Source: Candidatus Latescibacterota bacterium
Lineage (GTDB): Bacteria > Latescibacterota > UBA2968 > UBA8231
Direction: 5' to 3'
Length of the DNA: 64,000 nucleotides
NCBI GenBank assembly: GCA_965208105.1
Contig: OZ242318.1
Coordinates: 1,408,001-1,472,000 of the forward strand
The stretch's first letter is position 1; every line of letters begins with the position of its first letter. The notes under the pieces are model-generated. The model saw only the letters and a list, made by a program, of their open reading frames with translations, had not been told where the DNA came from and searched no databases. The translations under genes were made by a program, and so were the position numbers. Shown in pieces: positions 38,469 through 49,244 of the stretch.

Positions 38469-39254
38469 ATGAACCCACAGCAAAGATACCTGTTCGACCT
38501 CACCGGCTACCTGCATCTGCCAGGGGTTCTCACCTCCGAGCAGCTGGAGAAGGCGCGGTCGGCCGCGGCGCAGTATTTCCGCACCCCGGCGGAGAAGCTG
38601 CCCGCCCATATGGGCCTGGAGATCGACGGGCGGCGCTATACCAACAGCTTCGCCTTTCACCGGGACCTGGAAGCGCTGGCCACCCTCCCCGGAACCAGGG
38701 ACGTGATCGACGAGCTCACCTACGGCAGGCCGAGACTGGTCATGGGCACCCTGATGCGGGTCAAGCACGACGACAACCGCGACGCCCACAGCCTGCACTG
38801 TGCCGGCGACGAAAGGGGACGGGACAAAATCTGGCTGCGCTACGAGGACGGGCGGCTGCGCAGCAACAACTTTGCCGTGTTCGTTTACCTGACCGACGTC
38901 TTTCCCGGCGACGGCGGCCTGCTGCTCGTTCCCGGATCCCACAAGAGCAACTGCAGCCGTGAGAAAGACTACTTCGGAACGATTTCCTTCGAGACCACCG
39001 AGGAGTTGCCGCCACCCCTGATCAACGTCACCCCGAGGGCCGGGGACGTGGTGGTCATGCCCGAAGCCCTGACCCACGGCGCCCTGCCCTGGCAGCCCGC
39101 GGACCGCGAACGCTGGGTCGTTGTCCTGCGCTACACCCTCAAGAACGGCCCGCGCAACGCCAGGCGCTCGGACGTCGCGGAGAACAGCTACGAGGCCTAT
39201 CCGGAAAGATGGAATGAAACACTGTTGCCGGAGACCCTGGAGCTGGTAAAGTGA
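38469..39254 (+). CDS. PhyH-family Fe(II)/2OG oxygenase with an H-x-A motif
   Basis: YLFDLTGYL, VYLTDV.PGDGG..VPGSHK, AGDVVVM, THG and R-W-V-V-V-L-R-Y. The first iron-ligand motif reads LHCAG. Confidence 0.85.
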   Translation: MNPQQRYLFDLTGYLHLPGVLTSEQLEKARSAAAQYFRTPAEKLPAHMGLEIDGRRYTNSFAFHRDLEALATLPGTRDVIDELTYGRPRLVMGTLMRVKHDDNRDAHSLHCAGDERGRDKIWLRYEDGRLRSNNFAVFVYLTDVFPGDGGLLLVPGSHKSNCSREKDYFGTISFETTEELPPPLINVTPRAGDVVVMPEALTHGALPWQPADRERWVVVLRYTLKNGPRNARRSDVAENSYEAYPERWNETLLPETLELVK

Positions 39255-39283
39255 GGACCGCTTGAACCTGAAGGAGACGGGCA

Positions 39284-40930
39284 ATGCCTGACATCTTCAG
39301 CGCCGCAATCAGCGGCGACGCATCCCAGGTGGCCTCCCTCCTGTCGGAGGACCCGAAACTGGCCCACGCGGTCAACGAGCGGCAACGCACCGCTCTGCAC
39401 TACGCCTCCCGCGAGGGTCACGCCGGTGTCGTGCGCACCTTGCTGCAATCCGGCGCCGATCCCGGCTGCGTGATCTATCCGAACAAGGAGATCACCCTGC
39501 CGCGGACCCTGGCCGGCGCGCGCGGCCACGACCACGTGGTGGCCGTTCTGGACGAGTGGGCGCTGCGCAACCAGGCGGAAACGGCTTCCGACCTCGGAGC
39601 GGAGATGTGCGCCGCCGCGGGCGAGGGAGATCTGCGGCGCATCCGCCAGCTTGCCCGAAAACCAGGGGCTCTTGGCGCCAGCGACGGCCGGGGCAACACG
39701 GCCCTTCACTTGGCCGCCGAGCAGGGACATGGACAACTGTTGCAGGCTTTGCTCGATCTGGGAGCCGACCCGGACGCGCGCAACAAAGTTGACCAGTCAC
39801 CCATCCACCGCGCCCTCGCCAAGAACCCCTTCGACGGAGAGAAGCCGGACTTCGCCACCGCCGGCCTGCTGCTGCAACGCGGCGCCCGTGGCGACCTGTG
39901 GACCGCCGCTGCCCTCGGCGACGTGGCAGGTCTCGAGGAGCTGGCCGCCGTCACCCCGGCCGCCATTCACCGCGACCATCCGAGCTGCCCCATCACCATC
40001 GCCGCCACCGCGGGACAACTGGGGTCGGTGCAGTGGCTGCTCGACCACGGCGCCGACCCCGATGCAACCCGCGTGGCAGACGCCGGGACCCCCCATCCCT
40101 ACGAGGAGCGCGGCGCACCCCTCCTCTTTGCCGCCCTGAACCAGCACGGAGAGGTGGTGCGTGCCCTGCTCGAGGCGGGGGCGGACCCCAACGGTACCAT
40201 GATGGCCAGTCCCAGCGCCACCAGCGCCGCCTACGAAAGAGGATACGACGACATCGCCGCGGATCTGTTCCGCTACGGCGGGGTTCCCGACAGTGTATCC
40301 TGCCTTGCCCGCGGCAACTACGCCGCGGTGGTGCAGGCCTTCCACTACGATCCCGCCGGCGCCAGCAGGAGCCTACTGAAGTCCCATGACGCCGACATGG
40401 TGCGCCTTTGCCTGCGCCACCGGCCGCAGCTCACCGAGGCGGAGCAGTTCAGCGCCATGTTCGAGCTCATGCGGGTGAACAGCGGCGATCTCGGCAAGGC
40501 GAGGTACCGGTCCGCCATCCTCTCCTCGATGCTCGAGTATGGCTTCGACCCCAACGTCCGCAGTCAGGAGAATATTTCCCTGCTGCACCGGACAATGGGC
40601 TGCATGTGGCGGGAGCGCTGGATGAACAGCCAGGAGGTGATGATCGAGTTCACCCGGGTGCTGCTAGACCACGGCGCCGACATCAACGCCAGGGACGACG
40701 ACCTCAAATCCACTCCCATGGCCTGGCATGCGCGCTACGGGCACGACGAGGTCGTCGCCTACCTGCTGTCGCGCGGAGCCGCAGCCGAGCTGCCCGACGA
40801 CCAGCCCTGGGCAACCCCCATGGCCTGGGCCCGCAAGAGTGGGCACGCGGGCATTGCCGCCCTGCTGAACGACAAAGGGGCCGGACCCGGCGGCGCTTCA
40901 CGAGCCGGCCCCGGTCCATCAGCCTCTTGA
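39284..40930 (+). CDS. Ankyrin-repeat protein
   Basis: TALHYASREGHAGVVRTLLQSGAD, TALHLAAEQGH, LLDHGADP and LLDHGADINARD repeats. Confidence 0.92.
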   Translation: MPDIFSAAISGDASQVASLLSEDPKLAHAVNERQRTALHYASREGHAGVVRTLLQSGADPGCVIYPNKEITLPRTLAGARGHDHVVAVLDEWALRNQAETASDLGAEMCAAAGEGDLRRIRQLARKPGALGASDGRGNTALHLAAEQGHGQLLQALLDLGADPDARNKVDQSPIHRALAKNPFDGEKPDFATAGLLLQRGARGDLWTAAALGDVAGLEELAAVTPAAIHRDHPSCPITIAATAGQLGSVQWLLDHGADPDATRVADAGTPHPYEERGAPLLFAALNQHGEVVRALLEAGADPNGTMMASPSATSAAYERGYDDIAADLFRYGGVPDSVSCLARGNYAAVVQAFHYDPAGASRSLLKSHDADMVRLCLRHRPQLTEAEQFSAMFELMRVNSGDLGKARYRSAILSSMLEYGFDPNVRSQENISLLHRTMGCMWRERWMNSQEVMIEFTRVLLDHGADINARDDDLKSTPMAWHARYGHDEVVAYLLSRGAAAELPDDQPWATPMAWARKSGHAGIAALLNDKGAGPGGASRAGPGPSAS

Positions 40931-40937
40931 ATAGGCC

Positions 40938-41867
40938 ATGACCTCGGAGAACCTCCGTGCCCGCCGGCGCTTTCAGGCCGCCCTGGACACCCTGCTGGAG
41001 CAGGTGAAGGAGGACCGCCATATCCTCGCCGCCGTCCTCTGCGGCAGTCTGTCCCACGACCAGGTCTACGAGCGCTCCGACATCGACCTGGTGCTGGTCT
41101 GCGCCGACGATCGGAAGATGAAGGGGCTCGATGTGGCCCTGGTGGTCGACAACATCAACATCCACACGGTGGTCGTACCGCGGGATTCCTTCAAGAAGAC
41201 CGTGGAGGGAGCGGCGCGCAATTCGGGCGCCCACTCCCTCTACGCCAAGAGCAAGCTGATGTTCACCAGGGACCCTTCCATCCAGGGCATGTTCGACCGC
41301 ATCCAGCGGCTTGGAGGCCGCGACACCGAAATCCAGTTGCTCACCTCGGGGTGCGCCGTCGCCGGCAACCTCTACAAGGCGCGCAAGTGGTTCGTCACCA
41401 GGGGGGACCTCGAGCTCACCTCCCTGTGGCTGCTCTACGCGGCGACTCCGCTGGCCCAGATCGAGGCCGGGCTCGCCGGCGAGATCATCGGGCGCGAGGT
41501 CATCACCCAGGGACAGCGGCTCAACCCCGAGCTCTTCCAGGTGGTCTACACTGGTCTTCTCAACAGGAAGAAGACGCGCCGGGGGGTGGGCCCCGCCCTC
41601 GACCGCGCCGAGGAGTACCTGCGCAGCAAGGCGCCTCTCCTTTTCAAGCCCATACTCTCCTACCTGCAGCAGGAGGGAGACGCCTGCTCGGCCACGGCCA
41701 TCAACCACCACTTCCACCGCAGCTTCGGGATCGGCCATGTGACCACCGCGTGCGAGTACCTCGCCGACATCGGCATCGTCGACAAGGTGTCTACCCCGGT
41801 GAAGCTCACCACGCTGAGCCAGATGGAGGTGGACGAGCTGGCTTTCTTCTACAACGGCGAGGGGTGA
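40938..41867 (+). CDS. Pol-beta-superfamily nucleotidyltransferase with helical and C-terminal wHTH-like regions (YgxA/KNTase-like)
   Basis: LCGSLSHD....SDIDLVLV fits GS...DxD. The C-terminal [15 protein letters not shown] resembles a wHTH recognition helix and wing (inference). Confidence 0.72.
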   Translation: MTSENLRARRRFQAALDTLLEQVKEDRHILAAVLCGSLSHDQVYERSDIDLVLVCADDRKMKGLDVALVVDNINIHTVVVPRDSFKKTVEGAARNSGAHSLYAKSKLMFTRDPSIQGMFDRIQRLGGRDTEIQLLTSGCAVAGNLYKARKWFVTRGDLELTSLWLLYAATPLAQIEAGLAGEIIGREVITQGQRLNPELFQVVYTGLLNRKKTRRGVGPALDRAEEYLRSKAPLLFKPILSYLQQEGDACSATAINHHFHRSFGIGHVTTACEYLADIGIVDKVSTPVKLTTLSQMEVDELAFFYNGEG

Positions 41868-41907
41868 GCGGCGTTCCAACCGCTTGACCCCGCACCCGGG
41901 ATCAGGT

Positions 41908-44900
41908 ATGGCCAAGGCAGCCACGAAGAAAAAGAAAACCGCTTCCGCGCCGAGCAGGAAAGCGCGGCCGCGAAAAAGCGCCCAGGGCAAAGGTTCAACT
42001 GCAACCAGGAAGGCGGCCCCGGTTCCGCCGCGGCGGCGCGCACCGGGGCCCAGGCCGCAGCCGCGCTCCACCATCGCAATCCACGGCGCCCGGGTCCACA
42101 ACCTGCGCAACGTCTCGGTGGAGATCCCGCGGGACCGACTCGTGGTCATCACCGGACTGTCCGGTTCGGGCAAGTCTTCCCTGGCCTTCGACACCCTATA
42201 CGCCGAGGGCCAGCGGCGCTACATGGAGTCGCTCTCCACCTTCGCCAAGCGCTTCATCGCCCAGGTGGAGAAACCGGACGTGGACTTCGTCCACGGGCTG
42301 TCGCCGGTCATCTCCATCGAACAGAAAACCGTCGGCCACAACCCGCGATCCACCGTGGGAACCCTCACCGACATCGCCGGCTATCTCAATCTGCTCATGG
42401 CCACCATCGCGGCGGCCGCCTGCCCGCGCACCGGCGAGCCCACTCCCGTGGTCAGCAGCGGCCGCATTTTGGAGTCGATCATGTCTTTGCCCCGGGGAGC
42501 GGAGGTGGAGCTGCACGCCCCGATCTTTCCCTACTACGACGAGGAGCTGGAGGTCCTCTTCACCGACGTGCGCAAGCAGGGCTGCCGCCGGGTTCTCGTC
42601 GACGGCGATTGCATCGATCTGGCCGACGATGTGGATCTCGACGAGACCAGGATCGGGGCCATGGACGTCATCGTCGACCGCTTCGTCGTCAGCCCTGAAA
42701 TGGACAAGCAGATCACGGCGGGAATCGAGCACGCGCTCCTGGTGGGGGACGGCCTGATGGCGGCCCGGGTCGCGTCCGGGGTCTCCGAGGCGGCGGCGAG
42801 ACGGTTCTACAAGGCCTTCGGCAGCCGCACCCACGGCTTCGTCTACGGCGACATCTCGCCGGAATTCTTCGCCTTCAACAACCCGGAGAGCGCCTGCCGC
42901 ACCTGCGGCGGAATCGGCATGGACAAGAAAACCCATCCCGATCTCCTCGTTCCGGACCCGAAGCGCAGCATCCGCTCCGGGTGCTTCATCCGCGAGGCAT
43001 TCACCTACCGGCCCGACAACTGGATGGGACACCTGATCTACACCCTGTCCGAGCGCCTGAAGTTCAGCCTCGACGCACCGTGGGTCGAGCTGCCCCGGAA
43101 GGCGCGGGAGGCGGTGCTCTTCGGGCTCGAGCGGCCGATCAGGCTGGACATGCCCCCCGACGCCAGGGAGCGCAAGGAGCGCTGGCTCAACCGCAGGACG
43201 GTATGGCGCGGGGTATGCAACAACATCGAGCGCAACTACCGCCGCTACCGGCAGCGCGACGTGGCCAACTCGGGGATGGAGAGCTGGCTCAACAGCGTCA
43301 TGGTGGACACCCCCTGCCTCGACTGCCATGGATCGCGGCTGCGCCCGACCCGGCTCCTGTTCCGGGTGAACGGCAAGACCATCGAAGATCTGGGCAACCT
43401 GCACTTCGACGAGCTGCGCCAGTTTCTCGACACCATCGAGCCCGAAGGAAGAGGCGCAGTTGCCGGGAGGCAGGTGCTCAACGAAATCAAGGGGCGGCTC
43501 GACCTTCTCCTTGGAATCGGACTGGACTACCTGACCTTCAACCGCGCCTCCGGGACCTTGTCGGGCGGCGAGTCCCAGCGCATCCGCCTTTCCACCCAGA
43601 TCGGCTCGGGACTCATGGGAATGCTCTACGTCCTCGACGAGCCCTCCATCGGACTCCATGCCAAGGACAACACCAAGATGATCGCAACCCTCAAGTCCCT
43701 GCGCGATCTGGGCAACACGGTGGTCGTCGTGGAGCACGACGAGGCCACCATAAGGGCAGCGGACCACCTCATCGAGATGGGCCCCGGTCCGGGCGTCCAC
43801 GGCGGCGAGGTGGTGGCCGAGGGCGGGCTTGAGGCGGTCCTCTCCTGCCCCGATTCCCCCACGGGCCTCTACCTTTCGGGGCAGAAGGAGATCCCCAGGC
43901 CGGAGGAGCTGCGCCGGCGCAACGGCAGCGCCCTGGTGGTCCGCGGCGCCCGCGCCAACAACCTGAAGAACCTCACCGTGCGCTTTCCCCTGGGCCAGTT
44001 CATCGCCGTCACCGGGGCTTCGGGTTCGGGCAAGTCGACCCTGGTCACCGAAATCCTCTACAAGAGCCTGTGGAAGGACCTGGTGGACACGCGCACCCTC
44101 GCCGGGGACCACGACGGAGTGGACGGGGTCGAGCACATATCCCGCGTCATCGCCATCGACCAGTCTCCAATCGGGCGCAATTCGCGCTCCAACCCTGCCA
44201 CCTACATCGGTTTCTACGACAATATCCGCGCCCTCTTCGCCTCCACCCCCGAGGCCAGGGCGAGGGGATACAAACCCGGACGTTTCAGCTTCAACGTAAA
44301 GGGGGGGCGCTGCGAGGAATGCCAGGGAGAGGGAAGCATCCGCACCAGGCTCTATTTCATGCCGGATGTGGAGGTGCTCTGCGCGGCCTGCAAGGGCAAG
44401 CGCTACAACGCCGAGACCCTGCAGGTTACCTGGAAGGGACGCACCATCTCCGAGATTCTCGACATGCCCATCGAAGAAGGCGCCGGTTTCTTCGCTGATG
44501 AGAAGGGCATCGGCCCCAAGGTAGCGGTGCTGGAAGACCTCGGCCTCGGCTACCTCACCCTGGGCCAGTCCGCCACCACCCTTTCGGGAGGAGAGGCGCA
44601 GCGCATCAAGCTCGCCGCCGAGCTGAGCAAGCTGCAGCGCCGCGGCAACGTCGTGTACATCCTGGACGAGCCGACCACGGGGCTGCATCTGGCCGACATT
44701 TCGCGGCTGCTGGACTGCCTCCACCGCCTGGTGGATGCGGGGCATACGGTCATCGTCATCGAGCACCACCTCGACGTGGTCAAAACCGCGGACCACGTCA
44801 TCGACCTGGGGCCCGAGGGAGGACGCGGCGGCGGCGAGGTGATCGCCACCGGCACCCCCGAGGAGGTGGCCGGGTGCGGCAGGAGTCACACCGGACGATT

Positions 44901-45000
44901 TTTGAAGAGACATCTGCGGGAGTCCGGACGCCGTAATTCAGGACCGACCGCGACCCCCGCCTCCGGCTCCCGCGGGAAGGAGAAATCCGGCCGTGGGTGA
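41908..45000 (+). CDS. uvrA: UvrA-family ABC ATPase (divergent excinuclease subunit A homolog)
   Basis: [35 protein letters not shown] twice, [31 protein letters not shown] and LDEPTTGLH. Confidence 0.93.
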   Translation: MAKAATKKKKTASAPSRKARPRKSAQGKGSTATRKAAPVPPRRRAPGPRPQPRSTIAIHGARVHNLRNVSVEIPRDRLVVITGLSGSGKSSLAFDTLYAEGQRRYMESLSTFAKRFIAQVEKPDVDFVHGLSPVISIEQKTVGHNPRSTVGTLTDIAGYLNLLMATIAAAACPRTGEPTPVVSSGRILESIMSLPRGAEVELHAPIFPYYDEELEVLFTDVRKQGCRRVLVDGDCIDLADDVDLDETRIGAMDVIVDRFVVSPEMDKQITAGIEHALLVGDGLMAARVASGVSEAAARRFYKAFGSRTHGFVYGDISPEFFAFNNPESACRTCGGIGMDKKTHPDLLVPDPKRSIRSGCFIREAFTYRPDNWMGHLIYTLSERLKFSLDAPWVELPRKAREAVLFGLERPIRLDMPPDARERKERWLNRRTVWRGVCNNIERNYRRYRQRDVANSGMESWLNSVMVDTPCLDCHGSRLRPTRLLFRVNGKTIEDLGNLHFDELRQFLDTIEPEGRGAVAGRQVLNEIKGRLDLLLGIGLDYLTFNRASGTLSGGESQRIRLSTQIGSGLMGMLYVLDEPSIGLHAKDNTKMIATLKSLRDLGNTVVVVEHDEATIRAADHLIEMGPGPGVHGGEVVAEGGLEAVLSCPDSPTGLYLSGQKEIPRPEELRRRNGSALVVRGARANNLKNLTVRFPLGQFIAVTGASGSGKSTLVTEILYKSLWKDLVDTRTLAGDHDGVDGVEHISRVIAIDQSPIGRNSRSNPATYIGFYDNIRALFASTPEARARGYKPGRFSFNVKGGRCEECQGEGSIRTRLYFMPDVEVLCAACKGKRYNAETLQVTWKGRTISEILDMPIEEGAGFFADEKGIGPKVAVLEDLGLGYLTLGQSATTLSGGEAQRIKLAAELSKLQRRGNVVYILDEPTTGLHLADISRLLDCLHRLVDAGHTVIVIEHHLDVVKTADHVIDLGPEGGRGGGEVIATGTPEEVAGCGRSHTGRFLKRHLRESGRRNSGPTATPASGSRGKEKSGRG

Positions 45001-45718
45001 GGCGACAACTCGCGCCGTACTCTTCGATCTCGACGACACCCTGATCGATTTCCAGTTCTCCCGCCGCCGCGGGCTGCGCGCCGTTCAGGCCCTTCTGCCC
45101 GACCTTGCCGGCATCCCCCTGGAGCAGCTGGAGCTGGTCCACGACCAGGAGCTGCACGCCAACTATCTCAGCACCCTCGACGGCCGTCTGTCCGACGACG
45201 ATGCCCGCATCGAGAGGATGCGGGGCATCTGCCGCCACTACGGGTTGGACCCGGACGGCGAAACCATGGCGCTGGCGGCTGAATCTTATGCACGCGGGCA
45301 ACAAGCCCACAGGCGCGTCGTGCCTGGCGCGCCGGCCCTGCTCGAAGCCCTGCGGGAACGGGTCCTCCTCGGGGTCGTAACCAACGGACCGTCGGAGCGG
45401 CAGCGGGAGAAGCTGGCGTTCTGCGGAATCCGGGCGGATGGACTCGACGCCCTGGCCATCTCGGAAGAGGTGGGGGCCAACAAGCCGGCCCCGGCCATAT
45501 TCCGTCGGGTCCTGAGCGAGCTGGCCGTCGAGCCGGAGCAGGTGGTCATGGTGGGAGATTCATGGGAGAACGACGTGCTGGGAGCGCTGGGAAGCAGAAT
45601 GAGCGCGGTCTGGCTCAACCGCTACCGCCGCGACTGCCCGGACCCCTCTCTCGCCGTCGAGATCGCCGGCCTCGAGCCGGTCGAGTGCACCCTGCGCATC
45701 CTCGGAGTGCAGCGGTGA
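44993..45718 (+). CDS. HAD-superfamily hydrolase
   Basis: [20 protein letters not shown] and VGDSWENDV motifs; start overlaps the uvrA stop. Confidence 0.9.
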   Translation: MGEATTRAVLFDLDDTLIDFQFSRRRGLRAVQALLPDLAGIPLEQLELVHDQELHANYLSTLDGRLSDDDARIERMRGICRHYGLDPDGETMALAAESYARGQQAHRRVVPGAPALLEALRERVLLGVVTNGPSERQREKLAFCGIRADGLDALAISEEVGANKPAPAIFRRVLSELAVEPEQVVMVGDSWENDVLGALGSRMSAVWLNRYRRDCPDPSLAVEIAGLEPVECTLRILGVQR

Positions 45719-45840
45719 AGGCCCCGTCCACAGACCAGGGCCGCATAGGCGGCCGGGCGCTCCGGCGGCGGCGGTGCTGCTGGACAAGACAACCATGATC
45801 CGGGGCTCGCACCCCTTCGAGTGGAACCGCCGGGGCCACC

Positions 45841-46290
45841 CTACTTCTTCTTTCGAGCCCGCTCGTAGCCGCGGACGTACTCCTCCACCGGGGTGGACGC
45901 GATGGTCTCGGCGATCAGCTCAAGGGGCAGGTCTTCCACCTTCCGGAAGCGAACACACGATTTCCCCATGTTCAGCTTCTTGCCGCTGGCTTTGAAGCGC
46001 TTCTCGAAGCTGGTCCTGGTCCCTGCGTGACTGTAGACGCACATTAGGTACAGGGACATGTAGTTCTTCTGCGACGCCAGCGCCGCGTACATGAGGGGCT
46101 GGCCGTTGTAGGTGCTGGGGTAGCGCTCCAGGGGAATCTCGTAGGAGATCATACCCCAGTTCATCGCCTCCACGTAACCCCGGGGAAGGTTGTCGAGGAC
46201 GAGGGAACGCACGGTCTCCATCGCCTCCCTGCGATCCTCCGGCAGTTCATCCATGTATTCTTCCACGCTCGCGGCCTCGCTCCTTGCCAT
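45841..46290 (-). CDS. DUF1801 domain protein
   Basis: SVEEYMDELPEDRR, LASQKNYMSLY and LNMGKSCVRF motifs. Confidence 0.85.
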   Translation of the reverse strand: MARSEAASVEEYMDELPEDRREAMETVRSLVLDNLPRGYVEAMNWGMISYEIPLERYPSTYNGQPLMYAALASQKNYMSLYLMCVYSHAGTRTSFEKRFKASGKKLNMGKSCVRFRKVEDLPLELIAETIASTPVEEYVRGYERARKKK

Positions 46291-46395
46291 TTCAGCAGCT
46301 CCTGCGTTCGTAGCGGTTAACGATATTCGTCTCGACATCCGGGGCCGGATGGTCCCGCGACGGGCTCCTCTGCCCCGGCGCTCCGTTGCCGCGGC

Positions 46396-46911
46396 CTAAC
46401 GCTGCCATGGACTCTCCCCGGAATCGACATGGCGCTGGACCACGTAGGTGCTGGCGAGCTTGTCGTGCCATCCCTGGTGGTCGCGGTCGATGAGAATCCA
46501 CGCGAACCCCAAAAAGAGGCAAGCTCCCGAGACCCATTTGCCTATCCACTCGCGCAGGAGCATGGTGAAGAAATTGGCGTTGCTGCCGTCTTCCCTGACC
46601 ACGCGCAGGCCCAGGACCTTCTTGCCGGGGGTGGTGCCTCTCATGAACAGGACCAGGTACCAGACGCAGAAGGCCAGCAGCATGGCCAGGCCCAGGATGG
46701 ATTCGCCGGACCCGTCAGGAACGGCCGCCTTGACGACCAAGATCGAAAAGACGGCGGCGACGGGAGCCAGGAAGTCGAGGCAGGAAGCCGCCAGCCTCCT
46801 TCCCGGCGATGCCAGCCGGCCGATCTCCCCGTCCGCCACGTTGCTGCGGCAGATGGTGCACCAGCGCGTTCCGGGGGCGGCCCGGTAGTTGCAGCGTGGG
46901 CAAGTGCTCAC
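46396..46911 (-). CDS. RDD-family membrane protein with N-terminal zinc ribbon
   Basis: CPRC...CTIC; LASPGRRLAA..LD; GTTPGKKVLGLRVV; QGWHDKLASTYVV. GTG start after AAGGAG. Confidence 0.85.
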   Translation of the reverse strand: MSTCPRCNYRAAPGTRWCTICRSNVADGEIGRLASPGRRLAASCLDFLAPVAAVFSILVVKAAVPDGSGESILGLAMLLAFCVWYLVLFMRGTTPGKKVLGLRVVREDGSNANFFTMLLREWIGKWVSGACLFLGFAWILIDRDHQGWHDKLASTYVVQRHVDSGESPWQR

Positions 46912-47152
46912 GGCGGCATTCTCCTTTTCTGCAGCGGATTCCCGGGGAGCTGCGCCCTGCCTCCCCGACCACAGGCGCCCTCTGCGAGCGCCCGGGGGTG
47001 ATTCCATTTCAGCAAATTGGAGACCATTCGCAAATGCGAATCTAAATAAATCACGCCGGCCGGGCGAGCGAGGGGTCGGGCCGTGGTTGATGGAGGAATG
47101 AAAGCGGCATAGGTTGTTGCAGCCCTCGACAATCAGCAAGGAGAAAGCGGAC

Positions 47153-48235
47153 ATGGCCGTATCCAGGCGCTTTGCGGCGACCCCCTTCTGCGCCGGGGTG
47201 GTGGGCAGCCTCCCCAGGCCGCTGATGGTGAAGGAGCTGTTGCCGGAGCTCCCCGGTCCCGGGTCGGTGGCCGCGGCGCACTCGGAGCAGATGGACGCGG
47301 CGGTGCGCTACGCCATCGCCGTTCAGGAAATGGCGGGGATCGATCTGGTCAGCGACGGCGAGTGGCGGCGCCACGCCTACACCCACGTCATCGCCGATAT
47401 CGCCACCGGCTTTGCGGCCGACCGGCGCACGCAGCCGCCGCGCTGGGGCATTTCGGTCACCGAGCCCATGGAGGTGGTGCGTCCGGGTCTGATCGCCGAG
47501 GAAGCCCGCTTCCTGGTGGAGTCCACGGGGCGCATGACCAAGGTCTGCGTGCCCTCGCCCTATCTGCTCGGGGTGCGGCTGTGGGAAGCGGAGGTGTCTT
47601 CCCGGGCCTATCCCACCCGCGACCGCTTCATCGACGCCCTGGTGCCCATCCTGCGGGACGAGCTCATCGAGCTGCAGCGCACCGGGGTCACGGTGGTGCA
47701 GATCGACGAACCCCACCTTTGCGTCCTGGTCGATCCCGCCTACCGCAACTCCTTTGCCGATGCCCGCTACGAGATGGACCTGGCCGCCGCCAGGATCAAC
47801 GAGATGCTGGAAGGCATCGACCAGGTGCAGACCGCCCTGCACCTGTGCCGCCGCAACTGGGGCCGCAAGGGCTGGGGCGCCGAGGGCGGCTACGAGCCGA
47901 TCCTCGAGACCATGAAGAAGATCGACGTGGACCAGTACGTCATGGAGTTCAGCATCCCGGTGGCCGGGGACGCCTCCGTTCTGCGCCGGTTGCCCGAAGA
48001 CAGGCTCATCGGCCTGGGGGCGGTGGAGTGCCGCTTCGAAAAGATCGATACCCCGGATGAGATCGTCGCACGCGTCGAGGAGGCGCTGAAGTACGTCGAC
48101 GCCGGGCGGGTGAGCCTGAACCCAGATTGCGGTTTCTCACCGGGGCTGGAAGGAGAGATGCCCCTGGAGGAACCCTACCGCAAGCTCAAGAACGAAGCGG
48201 AGGCGGCGCGGCGCCTGCGGGAGCTCTACGGCTGA
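47153..48235 (+). CDS. Cobalamin-independent methionine synthase II (single-barrel MetE-like) family protein
   Basis: VGSLPRP, SDGEWRR and QIDEP motifs; Zn ligands LHLC, MEF and NPDCG. Confidence 0.9.
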   Translation: MAVSRRFAATPFCAGVVGSLPRPLMVKELLPELPGPGSVAAAHSEQMDAAVRYAIAVQEMAGIDLVSDGEWRRHAYTHVIADIATGFAADRRTQPPRWGISVTEPMEVVRPGLIAEEARFLVESTGRMTKVCVPSPYLLGVRLWEAEVSSRAYPTRDRFIDALVPILRDELIELQRTGVTVVQIDEPHLCVLVDPAYRNSFADARYEMDLAAARINEMLEGIDQVQTALHLCRRNWGRKGWGAEGGYEPILETMKKIDVDQYVMEFSIPVAGDASVLRRLPEDRLIGLGAVECRFEKIDTPDEIVARVEEALKYVDAGRVSLNPDCGFSPGLEGEMPLEEPYRKLKNEAEAARRLRELYG

Positions 48236-48277
48236 GGGGGATGCGAGTGGCAATTCACCGAAATCGAGCTTGTTTTA

Positions 48278-49072
48278 CTAGCGCAGGAGCTCGCCGGGGA
48301 TGCGCGAGCCGGGGTATTCCCCATCCGGGTCGCGCCTGGCGATGATGGCGGGCACCTCGCAGGTCCAGTAGGCGGGAACGGTCTCGGGACGCCGGTGCCA
48401 GGCCAGCACCAGGGTGCGGCGCCGGCCGGTCCGGTTGCGGTGGGCCGAGTGCAGCACGCGGGCATCGGCCAGCACCAGGTCGCCGGCCTGGACGCACACG
48501 TCGACCTGGTGGGGGTGGTCGCTGAACATGGTCGGGTGGTCTTCTTCTATGAACCGCGCTCCCTGCTCGTGAGCCGGAACCAGGTCGTCGTGCAAAGGGA
48601 TGCGCTTGTGGTGGGTGCCGGGGATGACCTTGAGACAGCCGTTTTCCGGCGCGGTGTCGCTCAGGTAGTAGGACACGAAGATGATCTGCGGCCACGGCGA
48701 ACAGCTCAAGGGGTCGTTCCACTGCATCCAATCCTGGTGCCAGTAGAGTGCGGGCTCGCCGGGGTCCTTGGTCAACACGATGATGCCGCCGGTGCTGGCG
48801 AAGTCCCCCAGGCCCATTTGCTCGAGGGCGCGGCGCGTGGGGGCCCAGTCGAGCAACCTCCGGACCGTGGGGTTGTCCTCGCCGCGCGCGGTTACGTGCT
48901 GGCCCTGGTACTTGAAGTCGGGCGGCGGCACCCAGTCCTCCATCATGCGCTCGGTCTCGTCGCGCAATTCCCGCAAAAACTCCTCAGTGAGAATGCCGCC
49001 GACCACGCAGAACCCGTCGCGCAGCAGCTGTCGGCGTTTATCGACGGCTTGTTCTGGAGTCATTGGCGACAT
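48278..49072 (-). CDS. PhyH-family Fe(II)/2OG dioxygenase (canonical HxD...H)
   Basis: YWHQD, NGCLKVIPGTH and AGDLV...VLHSAHRN....RR motifs. Confidence 0.9.
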   Translation of the reverse strand: MSPMTPEQAVDKRRQLLRDGFCVVGGILTEEFLRELRDETERMMEDWVPPPDFKYQGQHVTARGEDNPTVRRLLDWAPTRRALEQMGLGDFASTGGIIVLTKDPGEPALYWHQDWMQWNDPLSCSPWPQIIFVSYYLSDTAPENGCLKVIPGTHHKRIPLHDDLVPAHEQGARFIEEDHPTMFSDHPHQVDVCVQAGDLVLADARVLHSAHRNRTGRRRTLVLAWHRRPETVPAYWTCEVPAIIARRDPDGEYPGSRIPGELLR

Positions 49073-49244
49073 CCTGGGAAGACGAGGGTCCGTGCTTCAT
49101 TCTTGAAGGGGCCTGTGCGGCCTGCAAATTGGCCGGACCTGCCGCACCCTTCACCGAGGCCGGAGGAAATCACCGCCGCCTCTCCTTCACTGATTCCTGG
49201 TCTGGTGCCCATCCCGGGGTGAGGAGACCCGCACGCCAGAGCCC

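Noticed and set aside
42196-44913. 905-aa minus-strand ORF, and similar long ORFs at 1510..3360, 16999..18921, 37035..39284 and 58644..60839
   Set aside because: These are antisense shadows of uvrA and other clear genes.
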